A DNA stretch of 64,000 bases from assembly GCA_951406725.2 (NCBI GenBank), contig OX597822.1:11284001-11348000 (forward strand). The letters are read 5' to 3'. The stretch comes from Octopus vulgaris. Taxonomy: Eukaryota. The position numbers and the translations under genes were made by a program. Each line of letters begins with the position of its first letter. Position 1 is the first letter of the stretch. Of this stretch, positions 16,750-29,839 are shown in pieces. The notes beneath the pieces are model-generated. The model was given only the letters and a program-made list of their open reading frames with translations. It did not search any database and was not told the DNA's origin.

Positions 16750-16990
16750 GCATATGTGGGCACAGGACGTCAGAAAACATAAACAAAAAATTACGAAGTA
16801 CGAGGACATGGAATAAGGACTTTTTTTTGCAAGCAACGAAGGAAACTAATGGTAAACAAGTCAAGCAACACAAGGAACGACCGTTCATCGGTTGTCGGCT
16901 GTTTTTCTAGTCCGTATTTCGAGCAATTCACGCCTTCGATAAAACAGTTGCTCCCGCAAAGTAAATTAAATAGAATTTGCGATCTTGCGG
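16750..16990 (-). mobile_element. TA-associated PLE-like 3' end fragment (relatives at 17705-17780, 27900-28100, 14780-14900)
   Basis: Shared motif GCAAGCAACGAA.GAAAC.AATGG.AAACAAG..AAGCAACACAA.GAA.GACC.TTC; abuts (TA)n. Confidence 0.5.
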
Positions 16991-17557
16991 AGGGTTAAGA
17001 TTAGTGACAAAACAGGACAGCGTAAACAAACAGGAAGGGCTGTTAAGCCTAAACGAGGTTGTGGTGGCGAACGCGAAGGAACAAATCTGGACAGGAGACA
17101 GAGAACAATACGTCTTCCCTGTTCATCTAAAATAAGAAGAAAGAAAGGCACACAAGTTAGGAGAATAGCTGATGATCACGTGGGGGCCACGCAAGCAAAG
17201 GAGGTAGAGTGAGGGAGAGAGAGTGACCATCAGAGAACAGTGAAGGGGAGAGGAAAAGATTTGGAGACAGGATAAGAGCGAAAAAGAGGGAGAGAGGGAG
17301 AAGGGGAGGCAAAAGAAAGGAAGAGAAAAAACGAAAGAGTAGAAGGATAGAATAGAGGGAGAAGAGGAGGCAAAAGAACAAGAGAAAGGAAGAGAGAAAA
17401 CGAAAGAGCAAAAGGATGGAATAGTGGGAGAAGAGAAAAAAAACGAAAGAATAATAGAAGAGTCGCATCGGAGTTATTAAGATAAAACTTAGTTGGAAAA
17501 GGATGCGTGGCGTTCAATCATATAATAATATAAATAATATATATATATGTGTATATA

Positions 17558-17618
<61 letters not shown>

Positions 17619-17789
17619 ATATATATATATGTATATATGCTTATATACATATGTATACGTACATACTTACATGTATACGTATATATATATATATATATAT
17701 ATATAATAGGGCTTTTTTTGCAAGCAACGAAAGAAACAAATGGAAAACAAGAGAAGCAACACAAAGAAAGACCCTTCGTATGTATATAC

Positions 17790-17838
<49 letters not shown>

Positions 17839-18432
17839 GCACACACACACATACATGTAGGTAGGTTCGCACACTTAAATAAGATAGCCTTAATTCTTAA
17901 AACAATCCAAACATTAACATTAGTTATACAGAATATATTCATACCCTTTGGTTTTCAGTATTTCTTTCCCTACCAGGCTTGACCGCAGTTTGACCTCGAT
18001 TTATTCCAACGGACTTTTTCGTCGGCCCACCCCACTGACGTCAACGCACATTGAGAGACAGTTTGTGCCATTCCATGGGCTCCTAAGGAGCGTTTTGTTC
18101 GAATTGCTTGCTGCGCATTTGTTTGGAGATTTAAATTCCTGGATTTCCCTGAAGAGAAAGCTGCAAAATGGTCTCCTTATTCAATCCGAATTTGGAAATT
18201 TGCGGCCTTTGAAACATGTGTAGAAAATAATAAAAGGAATTCTGTAGAATCTTCGTTCAGCTCCATTTCTTCCCTTCACTAAATATATTAAAATTCAATT
18301 ATCCGCGCTAAGGCACGGTTGCAACACCCCATGGTCGTAACTTCAACCGCGTTTTTTCTGTTGTGATTTTTGCTACCCAGGTATCGGTTAAATTTTGAAT
18401 AATCCGTAACAAGATAATTCATTTATCCATTT

Positions 18433-18485
<53 letters not shown>

Positions 18486-18487
<2 letters not shown>

Positions 18488-19162
18488 GGGTGGCTACAAA
18501 GTAACGGAGCATGGGAGATATAAAGTATACTTTATTAGCAATGAAGTAGGTAATCCACTACAAATCTTCAAAGTGTTGGCCATGGAGCTCTAAACAAGTG
18601 TTCAAGCGGAATTTGAAATTACGATGAACCCTCTCAAATACTCCTTCATTGCCATTGATTTGTTCACACGCTTCAACAATTTGTATTCTTTTCAGAATAC
18701 GCAAGGGATTTAATGTAGCCCCAGGAGAAAAAGTCCATGGGAGTTAAATATGGTGACTGTGGTGCCCATTCAATTGACCCGCCACGCCCGAGCCGTCTCT
18801 CTGGAAAATGTTAATTCAGAAAATCATGAACCTGTAATGTATAATGGGGTGGAGCCCCATCCTCCTGAAACCAAACAGGATTTGTCCCTTCAAGTGAATG
18901 AATGTAAGACGTCATCTTGTTGCCAAGCTAGTCCAGATGCAAATCACTTAGCACAGACCCCTAAAAATAAAATAGTCCAATTACTTGATTGTGCCAACTC
19001 CCACTCCACGCCATTACCTTGTCCCCGCCTTGTTGATTATCTACCTCCATCCAATGAGGATTGGTTTGTGAGTAATATTGGCAGTTGTGAAAAGGGAAAA
19101 AAAAAGAGGTTGTTAGCAATTTCGCATATTGCAGGATGGTGTATGTCTTTATGGCCAGCCTG
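18486..19162 (-). mobile_element. Internally deleted Tc1/mariner element, DD41D (rosa/Visitor-type)
   Basis: TIRs CAGGGTGGCTACAAA / TTTATGGCCAGCCTG+TA; minus-strand FQEDGAPPHY...EWAPQSPYLTPMDFFSWGYIK with 41 residues between the Ds. Confidence 0.85.
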
Positions 19163-19170
19163 TATATGTA

Positions 19171-19990
19171 TCAGGTCATCCCATAAGTTCTGTCCGATTT
19201 TACCTTTTTTTAAGATTGAATGAAATTTAATAGTATTTTAGAATGTCTAATTGAATTAAAAATTATTATTATGCATTTGTGTACATTTAAACTAACTAAA
19301 TATTATTTTACAGAATAATAGAATTAAAATTTCTATGACTAAAACGCTTTCTAACATGGAAGTATCCGGCACATAATGCTTTATGACTACAAAAAAGGAA
19401 ATTCTGCAGCCGAGGCGACTCGAAACATATACTCAATTTATGGAAAAGAATGTTTGAATGAAAGAACTTGCAAAAGATGGTTTGCAAAATTCAAAAATTG
19501 GAAATTTCAGCCTTGAAGATAAAGATCGAATAGGGCGTCTAGATGAGTTTGATAATAAGCTCTTTGAGGCATTACTTGAAGAAAATCGTGCATTATCAGT
19601 TAAAGAATTGGCAATAAAGATTAGTTCAAACCATACAACTGTTCATCGTCATCTTCAACAACTAGGAAAGGTTCCTAAACTTGGAAAATGGGTGCCTCAT
19701 GAATTGTCAGAAAGCAACCGCAAATCCCGAGATGACATCTGCTCTTCTCTGTATTGTCGCGAACTCATTTCACCCTTTTTGGATAGACTTGTGACTGGAG
19801 ACGAAAAATGGATCTTCTATAGAAATATTAAACGACGTAAACAGTGGCTTGGTAAAAGGGGAAAAGCTCAACCACTACCGAGAAGGGAACTTCATGGGAA
19901 AAAGTTGTTTTCTATATCTGGTGGGATTGCAAAGGAGTAATTCACTTTGAATTGTTACCACCTAATGCAACAATCAATGCTTAAGTCTAG
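19171..19990 (+). mobile_element. Mariner transposon, 3'-truncated
   Basis: TA + TIR TCAGGTCATCCCATAAG; transposase with WVPHEL and TGDEKW motifs. Confidence 0.9.
19356..19990 (+). pseudogene. Frameshifted mariner transposase (includes ORF 19458..19940)
   Basis: RHIMLYDYKKGNSAAEATRNI..., LGKWVPHELSE..., LVTGDEKWIFY, WWDCKGVIHFELL. Confidence 0.85.
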
Positions 19991-20285
19991 TTGCGTTAAT
20001 TATTGGTTGTCGCAAATTGTCACATTACATGTATATATATACAGTCTTTGGTATATATATACAATACTTTGACAGCAAAAATTAAAATGGATTTTTTATA
20101 CATCTCAGAATATTTTAAGTTGAAGGCGAGAATGTGTTGTTACTAACCTGTTTGTTTTAGCAGAAAGGTTGAATTGAGAGAAAAAAGGTTGTACCCAGTG
20201 TGGTGTATACTCCCCTTCAAGCATCAATGGTTTTGGGGTTATCAGGAGGTTAGTATGCCTGCTGGTCAAGCAGTGTCTGTTTGTC

Positions 20286-20318
<33 letters not shown>

Positions 20319-20840
20319 ACAACACACACACACACACACATAGTATACAAACACATATATATGTGTGTGTATATTATATATAAATACATGTTATATTTGT
20401 GTGTTGTGTGTATATAGTATATATGTGGGTGCGTTGTGTGTGTGTGTTCTGTGTGTGTGTGTGTGTGTATGTGGTGTGTGTTTGTATACTATGTGTGTGT
20501 GTGTGTGTGTTGTTGTGTGTGTGTGTGTGTGTATATATGTGTGTGACAAACAGACGCTGCTTGACCAGCAGGCATACTAACCTCCTGATAACCCCAAAAC
20601 CATTGATGCTTGAAGGGGAGTATACACCACACTGGGTACAACCTTTTTTCTCTCAATTCAACCTTTCTGCTAAAACAAACAGGTTAGTAACAACACATTC
20701 TCGCCTTCAACTTAAAATATTCTGAGATGTATAAAAAATCCATTTTAATTTTTGCTGTCAAAATATTGTATATATATACCAAAGACTGTATATATATACA
20801 TGTAATGTGACAATTTGCGACAACCAATAATTAACGCAAC
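19990..20840. repeat. Large near-perfect inverted repeat (~365-bp arms: 19990-20354 / 20477-20840)
   Basis: Arms are reverse complements with only about 2 visible substitutions; mirrored ORFs 20105..20389(-) and 20399..20725(+). Confidence 0.9.
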
Positions 20841-20946
20841 CAAATTTCCAATAATATATTTGTTTTATCCTTTTCTGCCGATTTTTCCAAATATTCTCAT
20901 CACACTATTGAACTTCTCTGTTCCCAAACACTATATTTATACATGT

Positions 20947-21087
20947 AATGTGACAATTTTGTATAAAAAAACTTTTTTGAATTCATAATATCCAATGTGA
21001 CAATTATGTAAAAAAACTTTTTTGAATGCATAATATTCAATGTGACAATTATGTAAAAAACTTTTTTGAACCCATATTATTCAATGA
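20947..21087 (+). repeat. Three ~45-bp tandem units AATGTGACAATT.TGTAAAAAAACTTTTTTGAA..CATAATATTC
   Basis: Unit starts at 20947, 20994, 21039. Confidence 0.85.
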
Positions 21088-21098
21088 TACTTTTAATG

Positions 21099-21143
21099 TT
21101 ACTTTTGACAATCTTTTACCAAAGAGTGAAACCGGTTAAGTAA
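21099..21143 (+). ncRNA. Minimal hammerhead motif, U3-A8 core variant
   Basis: TTACTT TTGACAA TCTTT-tacc-AAAGA gt GAAA CCGG TT AAGTAA; 6-bp stem I, palindromic CCGG loop. Confidence 0.65.
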
Positions 21144-21341
21144 ATAAACATCGTTTAAATTGCATTTTCAAACCTTTTTTCTTATATAATCCCACTCGTG
21201 CGATACCCCACAACTCAACTTTTATATATATATATATATATATATAATTTACATAATTTATACATTTTAACTTTAAAGGCACTTTTCTTGATATGCTGGC
21301 CATTGATAAAATTTTTTTCCCGAAAAATTTTTTATCCTATA

Positions 21342-21402
<61 letters not shown>

Positions 21403-21969
21403 AGGGGTTTCCATACAGTTTCTCTTTACGAAATTTGCTCACAAAGTATAGGGCAGTTCGGGGCTACAGTGAAATACGTTATTTATCAAAAGTGCCGCGT
21501 AATGGTACTGAACTCAAGAGCATATGTTTGCAACGTGAGCTCCTTAACCAGACAGCCATGCCTGCATATATAAAAGGAAAACTGGAAAGAACAAAGAAAT
21601 ACATACAGGGTAAAAATAGTCATCGATTAAAGACGTATAAAAAGACGCAGAGAGGGAAAGACAAGAAAGATAATAATACAAAGCAAAAAACAAACAAACG
21701 AACAAAACAACATATAAAGAAGAAAAAAATGTAATTCACCAAGAACAAAAAAAAAAACTACAACACTAACAATAACAACAACAACAGCAACTATGCAGGT
21801 AAGATATGGAAAACTAATTCCTTAGGCCAGACACTGGAGGACAAACACAAACAACAAAATAAACAAGAAAAAGAAACACAAAGAACAAAAGAAAAGACAA
21901 GCATTAACAACAAAGAACGGAATAATAACTCACTGTATATTTAACTGACAGCGGCTGTTATGGTTAATA

Positions 21970-22025
21970 TGTATGTATATTTATGTATATGTATATATAT
22001 ATATATATATATGTATACATATATG

Positions 22026-22059
<34 letters not shown>

Positions 22060-22074
22060 CATATATATATACAC

Positions 22075-22109
<35 letters not shown>

Positions 22110-22680
22110 AAATATATGTAAGTGTGTACATATATATGTATATATATCTTTATATATATGTATGCTTATATATATATATATGTATACATATATATGTTCA
22201 TACATATATGTATGTATATATATGTATGTATTTATACATATATATGTATATATGTGTATATATATAGATGTTTATATATATCTATATATATATGTGTTTA
22301 TATATATATATGCGTATATATATATATATATATTTATATACTTATATATATGTGTGTATGTATATATATGTATGTATATCTATGTATGTGTGTATATATT
22401 GACTTATGTGTATTTATTTCTCTTTATACCCACGGAGACGCACACATGAACATCCACAAACTGTGTATATGTGTGTATATGTGAATATAAAATCTATATT
22501 GTAAATAAAAACTGAGAAATAATTTGCCGGTTTTTCTCTTTTTCGACCGTTTCTGATATTTTCTTTTATTTTTTCCGAAGGATTTTTTTTCTATATATTA
22601 TTCTCTATTTTGTTATCTGTACTGTCAAAGTGAATATTTCTTCTTCATCTTACAAGAGAATAAAAGACCGAAAGAATGAC

Positions 22681-22741
<61 letters not shown>

Positions 22742-23033
22742 ACGCACATACAAAGAATAACGACAATAAATATATAAAATATTTAAAGAATACATATAAA
22801 AACATATCGTGCGACTACATACTTATATTGCAATACAATTCTAGACATAGAGAAAGGAAGATACACATACATACACACACTCATGCACGCGCACACACAC
22901 ACACACACACGCGCAAAATGGAACGAAATTCTGGAAGAATAATCGAACGGCCGCCAGTCATAAATTTGCTCTGACGAAACAAACCGAAATAGCCGCAGTA
23001 AATTGCCAAGTGTGTGACGGCAAAGATAATACT

Positions 23034-23091
<58 letters not shown>

Positions 23092-23117
23092 TTTATATTT
23101 ATGTTTATATATATTTA

Positions 23118-23160
<43 letters not shown>

Positions 23161-23223
23161 ATATATATATATATGTTAACCATATACATTTATATATATG
23201 TATATATATATAAATATGTATGC

Positions 23224-23258
<35 letters not shown>

Positions 23259-23341
23259 CACGTACTTATATATAAAAGTGTTAAACTTTTATATACATAT
23301 ATATATATACTATATATACGTATCCATCCATCCATACATAT

Positions 23342-23374
<33 letters not shown>

Positions 23375-23388
23375 GTATTATGTGTGTT

Positions 23389-23447
<59 letters not shown>

Positions 23448-23475
23448 ATACACACACATACACACACACACATAT
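21970..23475. repeat. Degenerate (TA)n/(TG)n/(CA)n microsatellite tracts
   Basis: Direct; explains all YI/IY ORFs. Confidence 0.85.
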
Positions 23476-24484
23476 ATAGTCGTGGCTCCTTATCAAACGT
23501 ACTTTGGTATCAGTGAATACTTGCTTTCACTAGTGGCCTTGAGGTGTTCAAGTAAACCACAAGTAGAGAGAAAGAGAAAGAGAGAGAGAGAGGAAGAGAG
23601 AGGGAAGGTGTGAGAGAAGGACAGAGAGAAGGGAGGGAGAGAGGGGGAAAGAGAGAGAGAGAGCTAGAAAGAGAGAGTGGAGGAGAAGAAGAGAGAGGGT
23701 AGGTGTGAGAGAGAAGGACAGAGAGAAAAGAAAGAGAGAGGGGAAAGAGAGAGAGAATGAGATCTTGTCGAGTGTCCTATTGAACTAGGAGAAATTTCAC
23801 GACGTGGCAGCAGGAAGATAGCTTGCGCTGCATCAACATTATACTTCATCCATGTCCCCTGAGAGGATGAAATACAAAGTTGAGCTCATCGTAATATTAA
23901 ATCTGAGCACAATGAGCCGGATGTAACGGTGTAGGGCAAGCTCTTCCAATACTCTACAGAATTAACCAATCTAATTTATGTATGTGTATATGTATGCATG
24001 CATGTATGTATATTCACTTCTATTTGTAATTATTTGAAATCTTCCCTGTAAGAAAGGATCTAGTTTCCGACGAAGATACAAAGCCCTGTCATCGAAATGT
24101 ACATAATATAAGCAATGTCACATGCTAAACTTCATAATGTCTTGCACATTTTTATTATTACTCTTAGTGATTGTATTTCTAATGCGTAACTTTGTTGATT
24201 TCCATTTCTGAAAACCCTAACCTATCCAAATTGTCAGGTAGACGTTTAATAGCAAACGCGAGTGCCCCAGCTACAGGTATAAATGTGAATAGATTTTTGG
24301 CCTAAAATGTACGCATGTATGTCGGGACATGTGTGACTGTGTGGTAAGAAGCTTCCTTTACAACATATGCTCTTAAGTTCAGTCCCACTGCATAACACCT
24401 CGAGCAAGCATCGTCTGCTCTAGCCCAGACCAGAAACTTGTGAGTGGATTTGATGGACGGAAATGGCAAGAAGCTCGTTTTTTG

Positions 24485-24521
<37 letters not shown>

Positions 24522-24612
24522 TATAGTTGAAATTTATAGAAAAACAAAAGACGAGGACATGTGTATGAACAACAAGCAAGTGTATTGGTTTGACGCACGG
24601 GAAAATGAAAAA

Positions 24613-24650
24613 GTCTTTTACGTAACGAGCCTAGGCTCTTCAACAGAGAT
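24613..24650 (-). ncRNA. Hammerhead-like motif, CUGUUGA variant, in short TA-flanked element (24530-24667)
   Basis: rc: CTGTTGA A GAGC-ctag-GCTC GttA CG TA AAAGAC; homologous to 55283-55320. Confidence 0.5.
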
Positions 24651-24673
24651 AAATAACAGAAAATAAATGTGTG

Positions 24674-24753
<80 letters not shown>

Positions 24754-25010
24754 AGTGTGTGTGTGTGTGTGAGTGTGTGTGTGTATGTATATATATATAA
24801 ATATATATATATGTATCTATATTTATATTTATATATCTATATATCTATCTATCTCTCTCTATCTATATATATATATGTATATATATGGGTACAATAAATT
24901 CAGGGTGAATACTTGATAAATATAAGCACCTATATATGCCAGCTAGTAGCATAGGTGATAGGATATATGTATCAAATGAAATAAATGAAAAACAAGACAC
25001 AAAGGATGTT

Positions 25011-25103
25011 GCGGTACATATGTTTCGGGCTTTATAGAACAATTTATTCTTACATCAATGCATAATCGATATAACAGATAGATCAAAAGCCTTCTTCAGC
25101 CGC
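25011..25103 (-). ncRNA. Type-I hammerhead ribozyme motif
   Basis: Reverse complement of 25330-25422; core intact. Confidence 0.8.
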
Positions 25104-25329
25104 GTGCCATTGCTACACCAAAGACCTGTATCACGTTATAAAAGGTTTGAGAAAAAACCGAGTATCATTGGGAAAGTATGTTTGTAAATCTTCATAGGCG
25201 TACATGGTACCATTAGACTCCAAAACAAATCGTCCATACCGTTTTTTCACTCGATATAGAATCTATATACTCGGTTTTTTTCTCAAACCTTTTATAACAT
25301 GATACAAATCTTTGGTGTAGCTATGGCAC

Positions 25330-25422
25330 GCGGCTGAAGAAGGCTTTTGGTCTATCTGTTATATCGATTATGCATTGAAGTGAGAATAAGTTGTTCTATA
25401 AAGCCCGAAACATATGTACCGC
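25330..25422 (+). ncRNA. Type-I hammerhead ribozyme motif with long loop II
   Basis: GCGG CTGAAGA A GGCTTT...AAAGCC C GAAA CATATG TA CCGC. Confidence 0.85.
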
Positions 25423-25498
25423 AACATCCTTTGCGTCTTGTTTTTCATTTATTTCATTTGATACACACACATATATAAATATATATATATATATATAT

Positions 25499-25636
25499 GT
25501 AGCTTGCTAACCAACCACATGGTTCCGGGTTCAGTCCCACTGCGTGGCTTCTTGGGCAAGTGTCTTCTGCTATAGCCCCGCGCCGATCAATGCCTTGTGA
25601 GTGGATTTGGTAGACGGAAACTGAAAGAAGCCTGTC

Positions 25637-25713
<77 letters not shown>

Positions 25714-25921
25714 TGTGTCTGTGTTTGTCCCCCTAGCATTGCTTGACAACCGATGCTGGTGTGTTTACGTCTCCGTCACTTAGCGATTCGGCAAAAGAGA
25801 CCGATAGAATAAGTACTGGGCTTACAAAGAATAAGTCCCGGGGTCGATTTGCTCGACTAAAGGCGGTGCTCCAGCATGGCCGCAGTCAAACGACTGAAAC
25901 AAGTAAAAGAGTAAAAGAGTA
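25499..25921 (+). mobile_element. SINE family A
   Basis: Near-identical to 46813-47214, with internal (TA)n(TG)n. Confidence 0.9.
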
Positions 25922-26121
25922 TAAGAGTATATATATATGAAAAGCAGGATTTATTCACGATCAGAGTTATTCAAAAACCGATGTACTACTGTATATAGAT
26001 GTATGAACTTACGAAGACATGTGTATGAACTACAAGCAGGTGTTTTAGTTTGACGCTCGGGAAAATGAAAAAGTTAACATTTCCAGCCTACGCTTTTGAA
26101 TAGAATAAGAGAAAACAAACA

Positions 26122-26179
<58 letters not shown>

Positions 26180-27261
26180 GAAATCATACAGATAAACAGA
26201 TTAAATGTATCAGCTTGTAATTGATATACAAAATAGATATATTTGTATACATGCAAACAGAAAGAAAGCAAAGACTACAGATTTGCAGACGATGAATATT
26301 TAAGCATAAATATATAGATATTTATGTGTTACTAGATCAGACTTACGAAGAGTACAAGCGACAGTGAAAATTAAAGAGAGGGAAGTAAGGTGCTATAAGT
26401 CCAACAGCTGTTTCTAAGGGTTCGGAGATCCATCATAACTTTGGTAGATGTAGTTCACGAAAATATGTAGGCATTAATGGATGCAAATAGACATGGGATA
26501 AATCGAGCTTCTGTCATGAAGGTAGGAAAAATCTTACATGTGAGATCAAGATGCAGAGAAGTTTATAGTCTTGCTCTCCAGATTTAAGCATTGCGCCTTT
26601 TAACTTTCCGAGAAGGAGGTCCAGGAAAGACCGGGAAGAGAACAAAAGAATAAAAAGAAAAATCCAGGACACGTGTATATTATGTTCTTGTTTCACTCCA
26701 GAGCAAAAAGTAGAGGAAAATATTCTACGTCACGCCTTCCAATAATATTCTGCACTACTTGCATTGAGAGTTTGCCAGCCTCTTTTCTCTATTATCTCAG
26801 GAAAACCAAAATACACTTTTGTAGCAAAATATGACAAAGAAATTCTTTCAAGCAAGTCATACGAAATCGAGTGATTTATTATAGAATTTAGAGCCAGCGA
26901 CGGAAGTTACGAGATTCCGTATACGTTTATGAAAGCAATGCAAACGAAGATAGAAAATAGGTGAAATGCGTAGATTCATATTTCGGAAGCTATTGCCCTT
27001 TTCTTCTGTACTACTTCGAATTTATCAACTATCTACGAACACACTGCTTAATTACCCGCTAAATTTAGTGGTGTAACATTATTGGATAGACTATTTTATA
27101 TAAGAAACATTCCTGGCCACGTGGTTCTTACATACTTATTGCTTGTAATTGCTGGTAGGGACACGATGTTTCGTTTTGCAACCATAATATACTACCAAGT
27201 ATATTAAAGGTTTACAATCAATACTGTGTCCCTACTAGCAATTAATACACACACAAACAGC

Positions 27262-27311
<50 letters not shown>

Positions 27312-27631
27312 ATGATATTTATAAACAAACCCGAAAGGCTTTGTAAGTTACGGAGAGAAAGATACTATGGAAAACTCATAGTGCAATAATAGGTGTATGA
27401 TAATATATGATAATAATATCTATTCTCAAATTTGAAGCGAGAATTTTTAAATACAAAGAAATCTCTGAAAATGATGAGCTAATCGAATCCACAACTCAAC
27501 GCTTACTCGGGTAGTTGCACAACCGATTGGTGAAACTTTCACCCATCAATTTTCCGTTAAATTTAATTAATATAGGCCATTTAAGCGATGGATTGTGGTT
27601 TACAGTTGTACATACATATACACACATATAG

Positions 27632-27729
<98 letters not shown>

Positions 27730-29794
27730 CAAAACTGGGAGGAAGGTAAGTGGATCAAAACGACGAATCGAATCGACCCTGACACGAACGCGACGTCAGA
27801 CAATAATGTAAGAAATAAAATATATGCATACAAATATATATGTACGTACCTACATCTACATGTATATATACATGCATATATAAATATATATACGTGAGTA
27901 CACGACACTGCAACTAGACGTAGAACTCAACGAAAAACGAAAACGGACAAGCCATATTTTTACAACAAAAAAACAGAGACGAAACGGAAACGGGAAAAAC
28001 GATATTTTTTACAACAGAAAAACAAGGTACAGGACAAACCACACAAGGAAAAATCCCCAGTTCATCAGTTGTCTCTAGCTAACTCAAGCGTGTTTATATA
28101 TAAATATTTACTTGCTAAACGATGAATATTTCAGCTAGCTACGAGAACTTATTCGCTTTCGTATATCAACTATTTTCGAAATCTTTCGTTAACGATCTGG
28201 AAACGAAACCGGGACATTTCTGCAACAGATAATTCTGTCTCCGTTGTTATGAACAAATATCCAATATTACGTTATAAACTAGTATCACATTCTTCATAGT
28301 AAGTTATGGCTCTCCCTCCCTCCCTCTCTCTCACACACACGTATATGTAAATATATATATATGCGTATGCATGTAAGTATGTATTTATGCATGTGTGTGT
28401 GTGTGTGTCGGTGTCTGTGTGTACGTGTGCACGTATTTGTATGATATAGATAGATATAGATACATATACACACACATATATATAGAAATATATATGCATA
28501 TATACATGCGCGCGCACACATACATATATGTATGTGTATGTGTGTGTGTATGTGAGTGTTTGTTTTTGTGTGTGAATGATGACGTCAAGGGCTATCTGTG
28601 AGAGGAAGGATTTTGTAAATGTCTTCATATAATTCATCAAAATGGGATTATTGTAATAATAGCTTTAGAACTAAGGATTAAACGGTTTCCATAACTTGAT
28701 AGATATTGTAAGAAATACTGGACGAAATATTAGCTTTCTAATTCTCTCTTAATATATTTTCCACAGTCTTTATATTGTTTATTATATTTCTTCCGCCTTC
28801 TCTTGTTTCTGTTGTTATTATGATTATTGCTGTTGTTGTTGTTATTGAATGTTCAAGTTAGCGGACGTTTATGTCAGAGCTCTGCGAAAAAGTAATTTTT
28901 AACCGGATTAAATTATTGAAATAAATAACAAAAAGAAAAGGTATCGCATTTTTAGCTCCAGTTTTATTAACGGAAGGTTTTCAGATTGCCAGACGTTCCA
29001 CCTACCGGATTATTCGGGATAGAAAAAACTGTCTGTCCAGATATTTTTAACTGCTTATGTATATTGTGGCATATAGCCATTTGTATTGTTTGTTATTCGT
29101 GGTTGAAAATAAATGGCCTCAAAAATGGCTGAACGAGGTGTTCGTCACAGCGATGGTGACGGCAATAGGCGCAATAATGAGAACAGATATGCCCCAGTAT
29201 TATTTTTAAACACGGAAACAGATTTAAGCTAGAAGAAGACGATATAGACACTAAAGGAACAGACAGCGATTCAAGCTTAGGCATTTATACTCGCAGAATG
29301 GAAAACGCAAAACGAATGACTTTGAAAACAATATTTTAAAGAAAAAAAGTTTAAAATAGCAAGAACTGAGATGACATCATCACCACCATCATCATCAACA
29401 GCAATAGATAAATAATAAAAGCATTCCATTTTTTCACAAGTGTCGTGGACAAAAAGGCGACTCGATAGAAGCCGTTTCATAGAACAGGAGAACGAATAAA
29501 TGAGGTTTGTGGAGAATGATTGCTTTCTTGCCCGAAAGAAATTTGTTCAGAAAAGATGAAGTGTTTCATAAAACTATTTCAAATATTGGGAAGATCTTTA
29601 TATCTGTTTGAAAAAAACATAATGGAGAGAGGGAGAGAAAGAAAGAGATAGAAAGAGAGATAAAGAAAAAGAGGGGAAGAGAGGGAAAGTGAGGAAGAAG
29701 AGTAAGAGAGAGAGAGAGAAACAGAGGAGGAGAGAAAATGAGGGAGAAAGAGAAAGGGATAGAGAGAAGAAGAAAAAGAAGTGTGTGTGTGAGA

Positions 29795-29839
<45 letters not shown>

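Larger units (their letters stand above)
24968..25464. mobile_element. Inverted pair of PLE-type pseudo-LTRs inserted in (TA)n
   Basis: Arms 24968-25165 / 25267-25464, ~100-bp spacer, each arm with an HHR. Confidence 0.85.

Noticed and set aside
17930-18430. Possible PLE linker relic (RTLRDSLCHS, Cys cluster)
   Set aside because: Suggestive but below a defensible threshold without alignment
18750-19223. 157-aa plus-strand ORF
   Set aside because: Antisense to the DD41D transposase relic
20947-21087. CRISPR-like array
   Set aside because: Contiguous tandem units with no unique spacers; eukaryotic context
22960-23005. CTGACGA...GAAA motif
   Set aside because: Stem II and stem I cannot be formed convincingly
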